Positions 54,922 through 64,000 of a DNA stretch of 64,000 nucleotides are shown piece after piece; position 1 is the stretch's first letter; every line of letters starts with the position of its first letter. Under the pieces are notes generated by a model that was not told the DNA's origin, made no database searches, and was given only the letters and a program-made list of their open reading frames with translations. Location: contig JAYQLI010000035.1 of NCBI GenBank assembly GCA_038143065.1, positions 1,984,894 through 2,048,893 of the forward strand, read 5' to 3'. The stretch comes from Rhodospirillales bacterium. Its GTDB lineage: Bacteria; Pseudomonadota; Alphaproteobacteria; Bin95. The position numbers were made by a program, and so were the translations under genes.

Positions 54922-56086
54922 ATGGGGCTCTGGCCACTTGATCCTGTTGAGCTTGCTCAATCTTTGATTCGTTGTGAGAGCGTTACGCCAATTGATGGCG
55001 GCGCTCTAGCAGCTCTCGAAGGATGGCTGCAACCAATGGGTTTCACTACCGAGCGAATGCCCTTTCAAGATCAAGGCACCCCTGATGTAGACAATTTATT
55101 TGCTCGAATTGGCACAGCTAATGCGGGCCAACATTTTTGCTTTGCGGGACATACGGATGTAGTGCCCGTAGGCGATTCTAATGAATGGCGCGACCCTCCT
55201 TTTGCAGCCACTGTCCGCGAAGGCATTTTATATGGGCGCGGCGCCGTTGACATGAAGGGCGCCATTGCAGCGTTTGTCGCTGCATCAGCTGCATACCTGA
55301 ACGATATCAATAAAGAGCCCAAAGGGGCTATCTCTCTTCTGATTACCGGAGATGAAGAGGGGCCTTCTATTAATGGCACCAAAAAAGATGCTGAACGTTC
55401 TTGGTGAGCGTGGCGAACGCTTCGATGCTTGCATAGTAGGGGAGCCAACAAATCCCTTGCAGATGGGGGAAATGATCAAAATAGGTCGCCGCGGAAGTCT
55501 GAATGCCGTTTTAAGTGTTAAAGGCGTTCAAGGGCACGTGGCCTACCCGGAACGAGCTGATAACCCAATCCATGGAATACTACCGCTTTTGCATGCATTA
55601 ACTGATACGCCGTTAGATTCTGGACATCCCCACTTCCCAGGCTCCAGCTTGCAACTCACATCTGTTGATGTGGGCAATACAACAACCAACCTGATCCCTG
55701 CAAAAGTGGAGGCGCGTTTCAACGTTCGCTTTAATGCAAATTTCGATGGGGCGGCGCTGGAAAAAGAACTCAAAAGACGCTTGGATGCTGTGGGTCGTCC
55801 ATATGAGCTGTTGGTGTCGGTATCTGGTGAAAGTTTTGTAACAGAACCAGGACAGCTAACGGAGATTGTTGCAAAAGCAGTTCAGACTGTATCTGGTAGT
55901 CGACCTGAGTTCTCGACATCTGGCGGCACATCGGACGCACGTTTTATTAAGGATTATTGCCCTGTGGTGGAGTTAGGCCTAATTAGCGCAACTGCCCACA
56001 AGGTTGATGAGCATGTTGCTACTCAAGATATTCGCGATCTAGCAGAAACCTATCGATTAATTCTACACGCGTTCTTTGAAGGTTAG
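54922..56086 (+). CDS. dapE: Succinyl-diaminopimelate desuccinylase (frameshift at A run 55381-55386)
   Basis: FAGHTDVVP, GRGAVDMKG, TGDEEG, GEPT, GRRGS, GGTSDARF, HKVDE. Confidence 0.95.
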
Positions 56087-56092
56087 GGATAG

Positions 56093-56657
56093 ATGCTAGG
56101 CGAGTTATGCCGCAATTTGAAAATCGCTTTTAGACTTGCCGCATTTGACTCTTCACTCACAGGGCTTTTGCCAAGGAAATGGGGAAAGACATTTCTGGCT
56201 TTCTTTCTTTGCTTTCCCTCTAGTTTTAGCGTGCGTATATATTCAAAGCAGCATTCTGTCATTCGCTGAACTTGGCCTTAACTCATCAGGGGCAACTATC
56301 TCAATAAAGTTGCTGTTGGTAATGGCTATTGTATGGCTGGCATCGTTGCATATTGCGGCATCATTCGCTGAGCAGTTTGGTCAGGAAGATGCATGGCTAA
56401 AATATGTGATAGCTTCAAATTTTTGTGCCTTAGCCCAAGCGCTGATTACAACGTCAGCCGCTGGCGTTGCAGTTCTTTTGGGTCTGTCGTCAAAATCATA
56501 TGACACCACAACATTTGTTTTATTTTTATGGTCCATTGCATATGATTGGTTTGTTGTTCGCCGAGTTTTAGGGCTGTCAAAATTCCAAACCACAGCACTA
56601 ATAATGCTGGAGTTTGTGCTACTTTTTATGATGCTATCTATTGTGGGACCGCGCTAA
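56093..56657 (+). CDS. Hypothetical membrane protein (probable frameshift near 56190)
   Basis: Several TM segments (FWLSFFAFPL...). Likely ATG 56093 lies in a different frame from the main ORF. Confidence 0.6.
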
Positions 56658-56730
56658 CTCTAAAATCAGATAAACAGTCTGGTAAAAAATTGAAATTTTG
56701 CATCAAAATCATGCTGAGGAGATCCACTAA

Positions 56731-57612
56731 ATGAACCCTGAAGTCCAAGCAGCAATTCCTGAATTAGAAAAGTGGATTGGAAGAAAGCGCGTAGTGCATG
56801 ATGAAATAGGGCTAACATCTGTGCAGAGGGCAGCTGCAACATTGGACGTCGATCCTGCTTCCATAAAAGAGGGTGATGCAATCCCACGTGCATGGTTCAA
56901 TATGTTTTTCCCAGACATTTGTAAGGATAGTGACATTGGTCCTGATGGGCATCCGCACAAGGGGGTTTTCCTTCCACCAATCCCCCTACCCCGCCGAATG
57001 GGAGCAGGGCGCCGAGTGCAGATCATGGGCAATCTCGTTGTTGGCCAACCAGCGATTAAGACAGCAGAAGTTGCAGCGATACTGCCCAAGAGTGGTCGAT
57101 CGGGAAATATAGTTATCTTAACTATGCGGCTAACCTTTGAGACTGGCGGCAAAGTTATTGCAGTGGACGAATTTGACGCGATTTATCGTGAAGCCGTTCC
57201 TGCTGGTGCAAAGTCCACCAAGACTCAATCAAATCTTGCTCCAGAGCAAAGTGATTGGCAGGAAACTGTTTATTTTTCCGAGGCTAAAAATTTCCGATAC
57301 GGTGCAGTTACCTGGAATGCTCATAGAATTCACTATGATGCGGATTACGCTCGAACTGAGGAGGGTTACGACCATACTGTTCAAAACGGCGGCCTAACAA
57401 TGCAGACAGTCACGGACCTTGCCGTCAAGCATGACACCCGCATAATTACAGGTTTGGATGCCCGCCTGACCAAACCCATTTGGGTTGGCGATACAGTCAC
57501 TGTTTATGGAAATAGGACTGAAGAAGGGCAAAGTTGTTGGATTGGTGACAAGCATGGCCACCTATGTGCAGAAATAAATGTGAGTTTTGAAAAGGGACGG
57601 GAGGCCCCCTAG
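56731..57612 (+). CDS. Double hot-dog acyl-CoA dehydratase (mesaconyl/itaconyl-CoA hydratase-like, MaoC superfamily)
   Basis: [31 protein letters not shown]. Confidence 0.85.
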   Translation: MNPEVQAAIPELEKWIGRKRVVHDEIGLTSVQRAAATLDVDPASIKEGDAIPRAWFNMFFPDICKDSDIGPDGHPHKGVFLPPIPLPRRMGAGRRVQIMGNLVVGQPAIKTAEVAAILPKSGRSGNIVILTMRLTFETGGKVIAVDEFDAIYREAVPAGAKSTKTQSNLAPEQSDWQETVYFSEAKNFRYGAVTWNAHRIHYDADYARTEEGYDHTVQNGGLTMQTVTDLAVKHDTRIITGLDARLTKPIWVGDTVTVYGNRTEEGQSCWIGDKHGHLCAEINVSFEKGREAP

Positions 57613-58792
57613 ACGGCATACGTGTCATTGATATGACCACAGTGGTTGTCGGTCCTATTTGTGGACGAACACTTGGTGATCAGGGTGCAGATGTAATTAA
57701 GATAGAGGCTCCGGGGGAGACCTTTTGCGCACCATGGCTAAGGGTTCCAGAAATCCCGGAATGTCGGGAAAGTTCATGAACTTTAACCGTAACAAGCGGT
57801 CGGTCTGTTTGAACATAAAGGAGCCCGCTGGGCTTGGGGCCTTAAAAAAATTAATCACAACAGCGGATGTATTTGTCACAAATGTGCGGCCAGCTGCGCT
57901 AGAGAGGGCTGGCCTAGACTTCCAGAGTTTGTCAGACCTTAATCCTCGACTGATTTATTGCGGTATAGTCGCTTTTGGAAAAGGGGGTCGTTACTTCAAT
58001 CGCCCAGCCTATGATCCAATCGTACAAAGCTTGTCAGGTGTCGCAGGAACTTTTGAGCGAGCCATCGGCAAGCCAAGGTTTGTCCCGATGGTAATGACAG
58101 ATCATGTCACAGGGCTGATAGCGGCTCAATCAATTGGCTTTGCACTATATCGTCGTGAAAAAACAGGTGTCGGTGAGGCAATCGAAGTGCCGATGTTGGA
58201 AAATATGGCAAGTTTTGTCTCATCTGAGCATTTAGCTGGTCTCACATTTGTCCCACCAGCTGGAGAGTCGGGTGACAATAGATTGCTTTCGCCGGATTAC
58301 CGTCCATTACCAACCTCTGATGGCTACATCACTGTTGGCCCCAATACCAATCCTCAAGCCTTTGCGTTCTTTGATGCAATTGGAAGACCAGAACTCAAAA
58401 GCGACCCTCGTTTTGATAGCGCTGCTAGCCGAACAGAAAATGCTGCAGATTATTTTGAAGTTCGTGCTTCCGGCTTGCTGAAGAAAACGACAGCAGAATG
58501 GTTGGAAATTTTCGATAAATTAGATGTCCCAGCCGCAGCTTATAATAAAATAGATGACCTCTTGGATGATCCGCACCTGAATGACATTGGTTTTTTTGAA
58601 GAAATTGAGCACCCTACTCAAGGTCGCATTTTAAAGACAAAGACGCCCACAACATTTACAGGGGGGATGCGTGAAGACGCCCTACATGCACCTCTCATAG
58701 GCGAGCAGACTCGCGAGGTCTTAGCTGATGTGGGCTTTGGTAAAGATGAGATAGATCAACTATTAAATACCGGTGCTGCAATCGAGCCCTAG
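57594..58792 (+). CDS. CaiB/BaiF family III CoA-transferase (frameshift at G run 57713-57717; start unclear)
   Basis: [49 protein letters not shown]. Confidence 0.88.
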
Positions 58793-58848
58793 CTGGTACC
58801 GGAGGCTCCTTTGAGGTCAAAAACTTTTAATGTGGTGGAGACATCTTG

Positions 58849-59742
58849 ATGTCAGAAAACTTAGGTCCTTCGTTTCCATTCCATCCTTATGATCAGCGAC
58901 CAAAGCTTGAGTGGCCAAATGGGGCGCGAGTTGCTCTTTGGGTGCTGCCCAATATTGAGCACTATGAGTATCAACCTGAGTTTACAAACGTTCGGACTTC
59001 TTGGCCTCGGATGCCTGCACCAGACGTATTAGGCTATGGAGTTCGAGACTATGGTAATCGTGTTGGTGTCTGGCGAATGTTTGATGTTTTCGACAAACAT
59101 AATGTGACGTGCACTGTTTCTCTTAATTTCGGAATTATCGAGCACTATCCTGATATATGGGAAGCGATGGAGGCACGAAATTACGATTATCTTTGCCATG
59201 GTCTTTACAATACTCGTTACATTTGGGGCCTTGGTAAGGAAGAAACCTATGCCGTAATAAAGGACTGTGTGGACCTTCTGCGAGCTCGCACGGGTAGACA
59301 GCTTAATGGCTGGTTTGGATCTGCTGTCAGTCAAACGAAATGGGGGGCCGAGGCTTGTGTCGCTAACGGGATTGGCTACACGACGGACTTTTATCATGAT
59401 GACCAGCCTGTTCCGGTCGAAACAGCAAACGGGCCAATCATGACAATTCCATATTCAATGGATGTGAATGATGCGGTTGTATATCGCTGGCACTCAGAGG
59501 GGGAAGAGTTCTCGCGTATGATGCGAGACATGTTTGATGTCCTCTATTTAGAGGGAGAAAAGAGCGGGACTGTGATGCCCCTTTGTCTGCATCCTTATCT
59601 CTATGGCCAGCCGCATCGTCTCAAGTACTTAGATGAGACGCTGGGTTATATCCTGGGGCATGAAGACGTCTGGATGGCTACGGGAACGGAAATTATGCAA
59701 TGGTGCCGGGAAAATTGGCTGCCTAAATTAAAAAAAGTCTAA
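58849..59742 (+). CDS. Polysaccharide deacetylase (CE4, PuuE-like) family protein
   Basis: WPNGARVALW, DYGNRVGVWR, HG, DDQP, PYSMDVND, LHPYLYGQPHR. Confidence 0.88.
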   Translation: MSENLGPSFPFHPYDQRPKLEWPNGARVALWVLPNIEHYEYQPEFTNVRTSWPRMPAPDVLGYGVRDYGNRVGVWRMFDVFDKHNVTCTVSLNFGIIEHYPDIWEAMEARNYDYLCHGLYNTRYIWGLGKEETYAVIKDCVDLLRARTGRQLNGWFGSAVSQTKWGAEACVANGIGYTTDFYHDDQPVPVETANGPIMTIPYSMDVNDAVVYRWHSEGEEFSRMMRDMFDVLYLEGEKSGTVMPLCLHPYLYGQPHRLKYLDETLGYILGHEDVWMATGTEIMQWCRENWLPKLKKV

Positions 59743-59746
59743 TTTT

Positions 59747-60313
59747 TTAAATTAAAGGCCTTTTAGCCCTAACGGGACATGGTCGCATTGTGTTGGTCTC
59801 AGGTTCAAATTCAGATCGCCCAGTATGGGCTAGGCTTTTGCCGTATATGTGAAGAGACAGCGATGGGTGATCGGTTATATTTTTCACGCTGTGTATGTCG
59901 TTCGGCATAAATACAATTGCTTGTCCTTTTCCAACATCCGCTTCGTGATGAACCTCTAAGACGGCATGGTGTTGTCTTGAGCCATCATCTGTGCGTCGCC
60001 AAATGGTATTCCTTTCTGTTCCATCTAGCCCAACTACAACTCCCCAGGTTTGATGGTCATGAGGCAATACACCCTTACCCGGGGCCCAAACTATAGCTTC
60101 CACTAATAAAGTATGATCTGGTTCTTCGTGCAGAACGGTTATCCCAATACCTTGGTTTTCGTCGATATCGTAGAAGCTGGATTGCACCCAGCTTTGATCC
60201 TCGGAAAGACGGGCTGCCAGATGCGCTATTTCGGGAAGGATTTCTTTTGGCGATGCATTGGCTGCGTTTAACCGTTTTAGGTCTTTTACAAACGCTTCAA
60301 TTTCATATGGCAT
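59747..60313 (-). CDS. Cysteine dioxygenase family cupin
   Basis: PHDHQTWG, IHSV, SLHIYG. Confidence 0.8.
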   Translation of the reverse strand: MPYEIEAFVKDLKRLNAANASPKEILPEIAHLAARLSEDQSWVQSSFYDIDENQGIGITVLHEEPDHTLLVEAIVWAPGKGVLPHDHQTWGVVVGLDGTERNTIWRRTDDGSRQHHAVLEVHHEADVGKGQAIVFMPNDIHSVKNITDHPSLSLHIYGKSLAHTGRSEFEPETNTMRPCPVRAKRPLI

Positions 60314-60353
60314 GACCAAGGTCCCCGATTAGAGATCGCTTCAAAAAACTTAA

Positions 60354-61823
60354 TTATTTTACGAAGCTCGCAGCATCAGTAAATGCTTGAGGAAGAACAT
60401 TTATAATATCAGAGGCGATCATTCCCCGTCCTAGCCTTGCAGCCGAAGCACCATGCAACCAAACACCAGCAGCCGCAGCATCAAAAGCCGATGTTCCTTC
60501 TGACATTAGGCCCCCGACAATGCCCGCTAAGACGTCGCCAGACCCAGCGGTTGCAAGCCATGCTGGTCCATTGGAGTTAATGGCCGCCTTCCCATCTGGC
60601 GCCGCAATTACTGTATCTGGACCTTTTAAAATTAAATTAGCATGAGCTCTAAAAGCGGCCATCCTTGCTTGGTTCAGCTTTGAGCCTTCAGCATCAGGAA
60701 AAAGGCGACGAAATTCACCAGTATGTGGAGTAAGGATGACTTGAGGGGTTTGTTCTAAAGTATCAAAAAGGTCTTTTGGGTGCTCTGCAAAAGCAGTCAA
60801 AGCGTCGGCATCCAGCACGAGGTTGCGTTTTGATCGAGCGGCAATTTTAACGAGCTCTTGTGTTTCTTCGTTGACGCCTAGGCCTGGGCCTAAGATCACA
60901 GTGCTGTACCTAGGGTCCTGAAGTAAATCAGCAAGCCCTGTGGGCCCAGATATAGAGCGTACCATGACTTCTAATTCTGATGCTGCGTAGATTGGCCATG
61001 CTTCTGAGGGCGCAGCAATTGTTACAAGCCCAGCCCCTCCACGCAGGGCAGCCCGAGCGGCGAGCCGACTCGCCCCAGTTGTTTCTTTCCCACCAACTAC
61101 AAGAACATGACCCCGCGAATATTTGTGGCCTAACAAATTTAATTCAGATGGGGTGTTATTCCAAAGAGGGGGTGCATTTTCGAAAACTTTAGCTACCCCG
61201 GCCAGTGGTTCAGGTATGCCGATGTCTGCGACTACAGTGTTGCCAGCAAGGAAGCGACCAGGGGCTAGTAAATGGCCAGGTTTTTTTCGAAAAAAAGTGA
61301 CCGTCATTGCTGCTTTTGCTGCTGCACCCATCACTTGCCCGTCGTTGCCATTGACTCCACTGGGAAGGTCAACGGAGATTACTGGTGCTGGATGTTCATC
61401 CATCGCCTTTACAAGTGCTGCTTCGGAATTTTTCAAATTACGATTGAGACCAGCTCCAAATAAGGCATCTACGATCAAATTCGATCCTAAAAGAGCGTTG
61501 GGCGTTGCAGGTTCAACAAGACGATCCCACCGATTTGCGTGGATAGATGAGCTGCCTTTCAACTGTTTTGGATCAACCAGTGAAGCCAACTTTACGGGCC
61601 AACCCGCTTTAGCTAACTGGCGTGCTATGACCCAGCCGTCGCCACCATTGGCTCCGGGTCCGCAGAGAATAATAGTATTTGTGGCAGGCCAATGCCGCTG
61701 GATTTCTTCTGAAACAGCAACACCAGCATTTTCCATAAGCAATTCGTGAGTTAAGTCAGCATTAATTGCAGATTGGTCTACTGCGTACATTTCCTCTACG
61801 GATAGGACTTCAAGGCTCTTCAT
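60354..61823 (-). CDS. nnr: Bifunctional NAD(P)H-hydrate epimerase/dehydratase
   Basis: LMENAG, GANGGDG, DALFGAG, HKYSRG, GPGLG, LDADAL, LTPHTGEF, AGSGDVLAG. Confidence 0.93.
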   Translation of the reverse strand: MKSLEVLSVEEMYAVDQSAINADLTHELLMENAGVAVSEEIQRHWPATNTIILCGPGANGGDGWVIARQLAKAGWPVKLASLVDPKQLKGSSSIHANRWDRLVEPATPNALLGSNLIVDALFGAGLNRNLKNSEAALVKAMDEHPAPVISVDLPSGVNGNDGQVMGAAAKAAMTVTFFRKKPGHLLAPGRFLAGNTVVADIGIPEPLAGVAKVFENAPPLWNNTPSELNLLGHKYSRGHVLVVGGKETTGASRLAARAALRGGAGLVTIAAPSEAWPIYAASELEVMVRSISGPTGLADLLQDPRYSTVILGPGLGVNEETQELVKIAARSKRNLVLDADALTAFAEHPKDLFDTLEQTPQVILTPHTGEFRRLFPDAEGSKLNQARMAAFRAHANLILKGPDTVIAAPDGKAAINSNGPAWLATAGSGDVLAGIVGGLMSEGTSAFDAAAAGVWLHGASAARLGRGMIASDIINVLPQAFTDAASFVK

Positions 61824-62518
61824 TCGACCCCTGATATCCGGTTTCGACCGCCAGGACCAGTTTTCACCCATTTCACAGGCCGGTCATCATACAGGCTACC
61901 GTCATTTAAACGATCTCTGATTTCCTTTAGGACGATGGCAGTGATAGGTCGAATTTTCAGCTGTAGTGCAGAGTCGATATCACGCCACTGGAGTTTCAGT
62001 AGTTCATCTTGTTCTACATCCGCAACAACCGAGACCCTTTCATATTCAGTCACAAAAAACCGAGCATTGAAGCGTCTGGGACGTTCGGGTGGTGTGACTG
62101 CCCTATAAATGTAAGTGAGGCCATCCAGGGATGGACCAAAACCAGTTTCGTAAAAAGCATCCCAACCCTTTGGTGGCCGTTTTGGCTTGGGCGCCTTTGA
62201 CCCTATGACTAGACCTGTTTCTTCGAAAGTTTCTCGAACTGCCGCTAGTGCAAGTGCTCTTGCGCGCCGTTCGGTTGCAGACGCAGTCAAACGTTTTAGC
62301 ACTTCAGGGCGTAGATCTTTCTCGGGAATAACGAAGCCATAGCTACGGTCAACTCGGCCACCAGGAAAAACATAGTGATGAGGATAGAAAACATGCCCAG
62401 AGCTCCGTTCTCCCATCAAAATTTCGGGAGTGCTGCCACGCATTCGGACTAGGACGAGAGTAGCGGCGTCCCGAATGGCCGGTTGTTTTCTCATTTTTGT
62501 GGCGTTTTTGTCAGACAT
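61820..62518 (-). CDS. NUDIX hydrolase
   Basis: DAATLVL, VFPGGRVD, AAVRETFEETGL, TPPERPRRFNARFF. Confidence 0.88.
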   Translation of the reverse strand: MSDKNATKMRKQPAIRDAATLVLVRMRGSTPEILMGERSSGHVFYPHHYVFPGGRVDRSYGFVIPEKDLRPEVLKRLTASATERRARALALAAVRETFEETGLVIGSKAPKPKRPPKGWDAFYETGFGPSLDGLTYIYRAVTPPERPRRFNARFFVTEYERVSVVADVEQDELLKLQWRDIDSALQLKIRPITAIVLKEIRDRLNDGSLYDDRPVKWVKTGPGGRNRISGVE

Positions 62519-62557
62519 TATGCCAATCCCCTTGAACGAATCGCTGGAAGAAGCATA

Positions 62558-62635
62558 TGGGGTGCCCAACCGGATTTGAACCGGCGACCTCCTGGACCAC
62601 AACCAGGCGCTCTAACCAACTGAGCTATGGGCACC
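62558..62635 (-). tRNA. tRNA-His (GTG) with encoded G-1, C73 and CCA
   Basis: GGTGCCCATAGCTCAGTTGGTTAGAGCGCCTGGTTGTGGTCCAGGAGGTCGCCGGTTCAAATCCGGTTGGGCACCCCA folds as a cloverleaf with anticodon GTG. Confidence 0.96.
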
Positions 62636-62767
62636 ATCAATCTGTATTGCGTTTACGCGAGAAGCTGCATAGACGTCAACCGGAGTTTGATGTTGCTTGC
62701 TCTTGCTTCTAATCGCCAGGCATAGTCAAACGCTATAAAAGTTTATCCGAGTAGGAAATCAAAAACT

Positions 62768-63931
62768 ATGCAACTTGCTAAAAATCTCTCCCAATTGGGC
62801 ACCGAAACTGCGTTTGAGGTGTTAGCGCGCGCAGCGAAATTAGCGGCAGCAGGCAAGGATGTAATAAACCTCGGCATAGGCCAGCCTGATTTTAAAACAC
62901 CTACTCATGTGGTTGAGGCAGCTATTAAAGCAATGCGAGATGGCCATCATGGTTATACTCCGGCAAAAGGCATCCCAGCCTTGAGGGAAGCTGTTGCGAA
63001 TGACGTTCACATACGAAGAGGTGTGAGTGTCGATCCTGAGAACATTATGATTATGCCGGGCGGTAAGCCTACAATGTTCTTCGCAATTATGATGTTTGGA
63101 GAGCCGGGAGCGGAGATCATCTACCCTAACCCTGGGTTTCCAATCTATGAAAGTGCGATTCGGTACGTAGGTGCTAAACCTGTTCCGATGCGCCTTTTAG
63201 AAGAAAAAGGTTTTGCATTCTCGGCAGATGAAGTTTTGGGCCAAATTACTGACAAAACGCGCCTTATCATCATCAATACTCCTGCAAACCCAACTGGTGG
63301 TGTGACGCCCAAGGCTGAACTGGACAAATTGGCTGCGGGCTTAGAACGTTGGCCCAATGTGGCCTTGATGAGTGACGAGATTTACGATCGTATGCTCTAT
63401 GATGGGCTCCAGCATGCATCGATGCTGGCATATGAGGGACTACGAGATCGTCTTATTGTTTTGAATGGATGGTCAAAAACATATGCAATGACCGGATGGC
63501 GGCTGGGATATTCAATATGGCCAGAAAAATTAATCTCGCATGTGGAGAAGCTTGCCGTAAATAGCCACTCTTGTGTGAATGCTCCTACACAATTCGCTGG
63601 CATAGCAGCGCTAGAGGGACCCCAATCTGCAGTTGACGAAATGCTTGTTGCTTTTTCCGAGCGCCGGAGAGTGATAGTTGATGGTCTGAATGCCATTCCT
63701 GGAATTCGATGTGCAGAGCCTGGCGGCGCGTTCTATGCATTTCCAAATATTGAAGGTACGGGCATGGACTCTAAAACCCTTCAAAGTCGACTTTTGGAAG
63801 AAGAGGGCGTTGCTGTTGTTGCCGGGACTAGCTTTGGCGCTCTAGGTGAAGGGTTCGTTCGTTTCTCTTACGCCGCAAGCCTGAACGAAATTGAAGATGC
63901 ACTTGGCCGAATGAAAAAACTTATTGACTAA
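62768..63931 (+). CDS. PLP-dependent class I/II aminotransferase (aspartate aminotransferase-like)
   Basis: LGIGQPDF, NTPANPTG, SDEIY, NGWSKTYAMTGWRLG, GAFYAF. Confidence 0.93.
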   Translation: MQLAKNLSQLGTETAFEVLARAAKLAAAGKDVINLGIGQPDFKTPTHVVEAAIKAMRDGHHGYTPAKGIPALREAVANDVHIRRGVSVDPENIMIMPGGKPTMFFAIMMFGEPGAEIIYPNPGFPIYESAIRYVGAKPVPMRLLEEKGFAFSADEVLGQITDKTRLIIINTPANPTGGVTPKAELDKLAAGLERWPNVALMSDEIYDRMLYDGLQHASMLAYEGLRDRLIVLNGWSKTYAMTGWRLGYSIWPEKLISHVEKLAVNSHSCVNAPTQFAGIAALEGPQSAVDEMLVAFSERRRVIVDGLNAIPGIRCAEPGGAFYAFPNIEGTGMDSKTLQSRLLEEEGVAVVAGTSFGALGEGFVRFSYAASLNEIEDALGRMKKLID

Positions 63932-64000
63932 AAAAAGTGCAATTGCCTAATAAATAAACAAAAACTAAGCTATTCGGAAACTCTGAACAAAAAATTCTTT

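Noticed and set aside
62519-62602. N-terminal extension of the NUDIX ORF
   Set aside because: It is a read-through of the tRNA-His gene. The likely start is 62518.
62400-62770. Integrative element at tRNA-His
   Set aside because: No integrase, no duplicated tRNA 3' end noticed, and no compositional shift.

Overview
Core-chromosome window of an alphaproteobacterium. The tRNA-His keeps G-1:C73, which fits a Rhodospirillales-like lineage. The window spans the probable replication origin between maf and hemE, with the usual dnaQ-coaE-aroE-maf / hemE-hemJ-rho / mnmE-mnmG-rsmG-parA-parB neighbourhood and two perfect parS palindromes inside mnmG. It also holds efp-epmB-epmA, murA, mreBCD-mrdA-rodA, purD, xseA, copA, amiC, dapD-dapE, nnr, a TAXI-TRAP system and several catabolic genes. 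About 20 single-base frameshifts, mostly in homopolymer runs and many in essential genes, point to long-read consensus errors rather than pseudogenes. The top candidate for an undescribed system is a TPP riboswitch that overlaps the ribosome-binding site of a Liv/HAAT-type ABC importer operon with a permease fused to a shortened ATPase, possibly a thiamine or thiamine-precursor uptake system. Other notable items: (1) a SuhB with three substituted catalytic residues (possible pseudo-phosphatase); (2) an orphan MotA/MotB-like motor pair; (3) a ROSE thermometer with an RpoH promoter back-to-back with the riboswitch; (4) a possible dehydratase-CoA-transferase fusion. No CRISPR array, integrase, transposase or prophage was seen.
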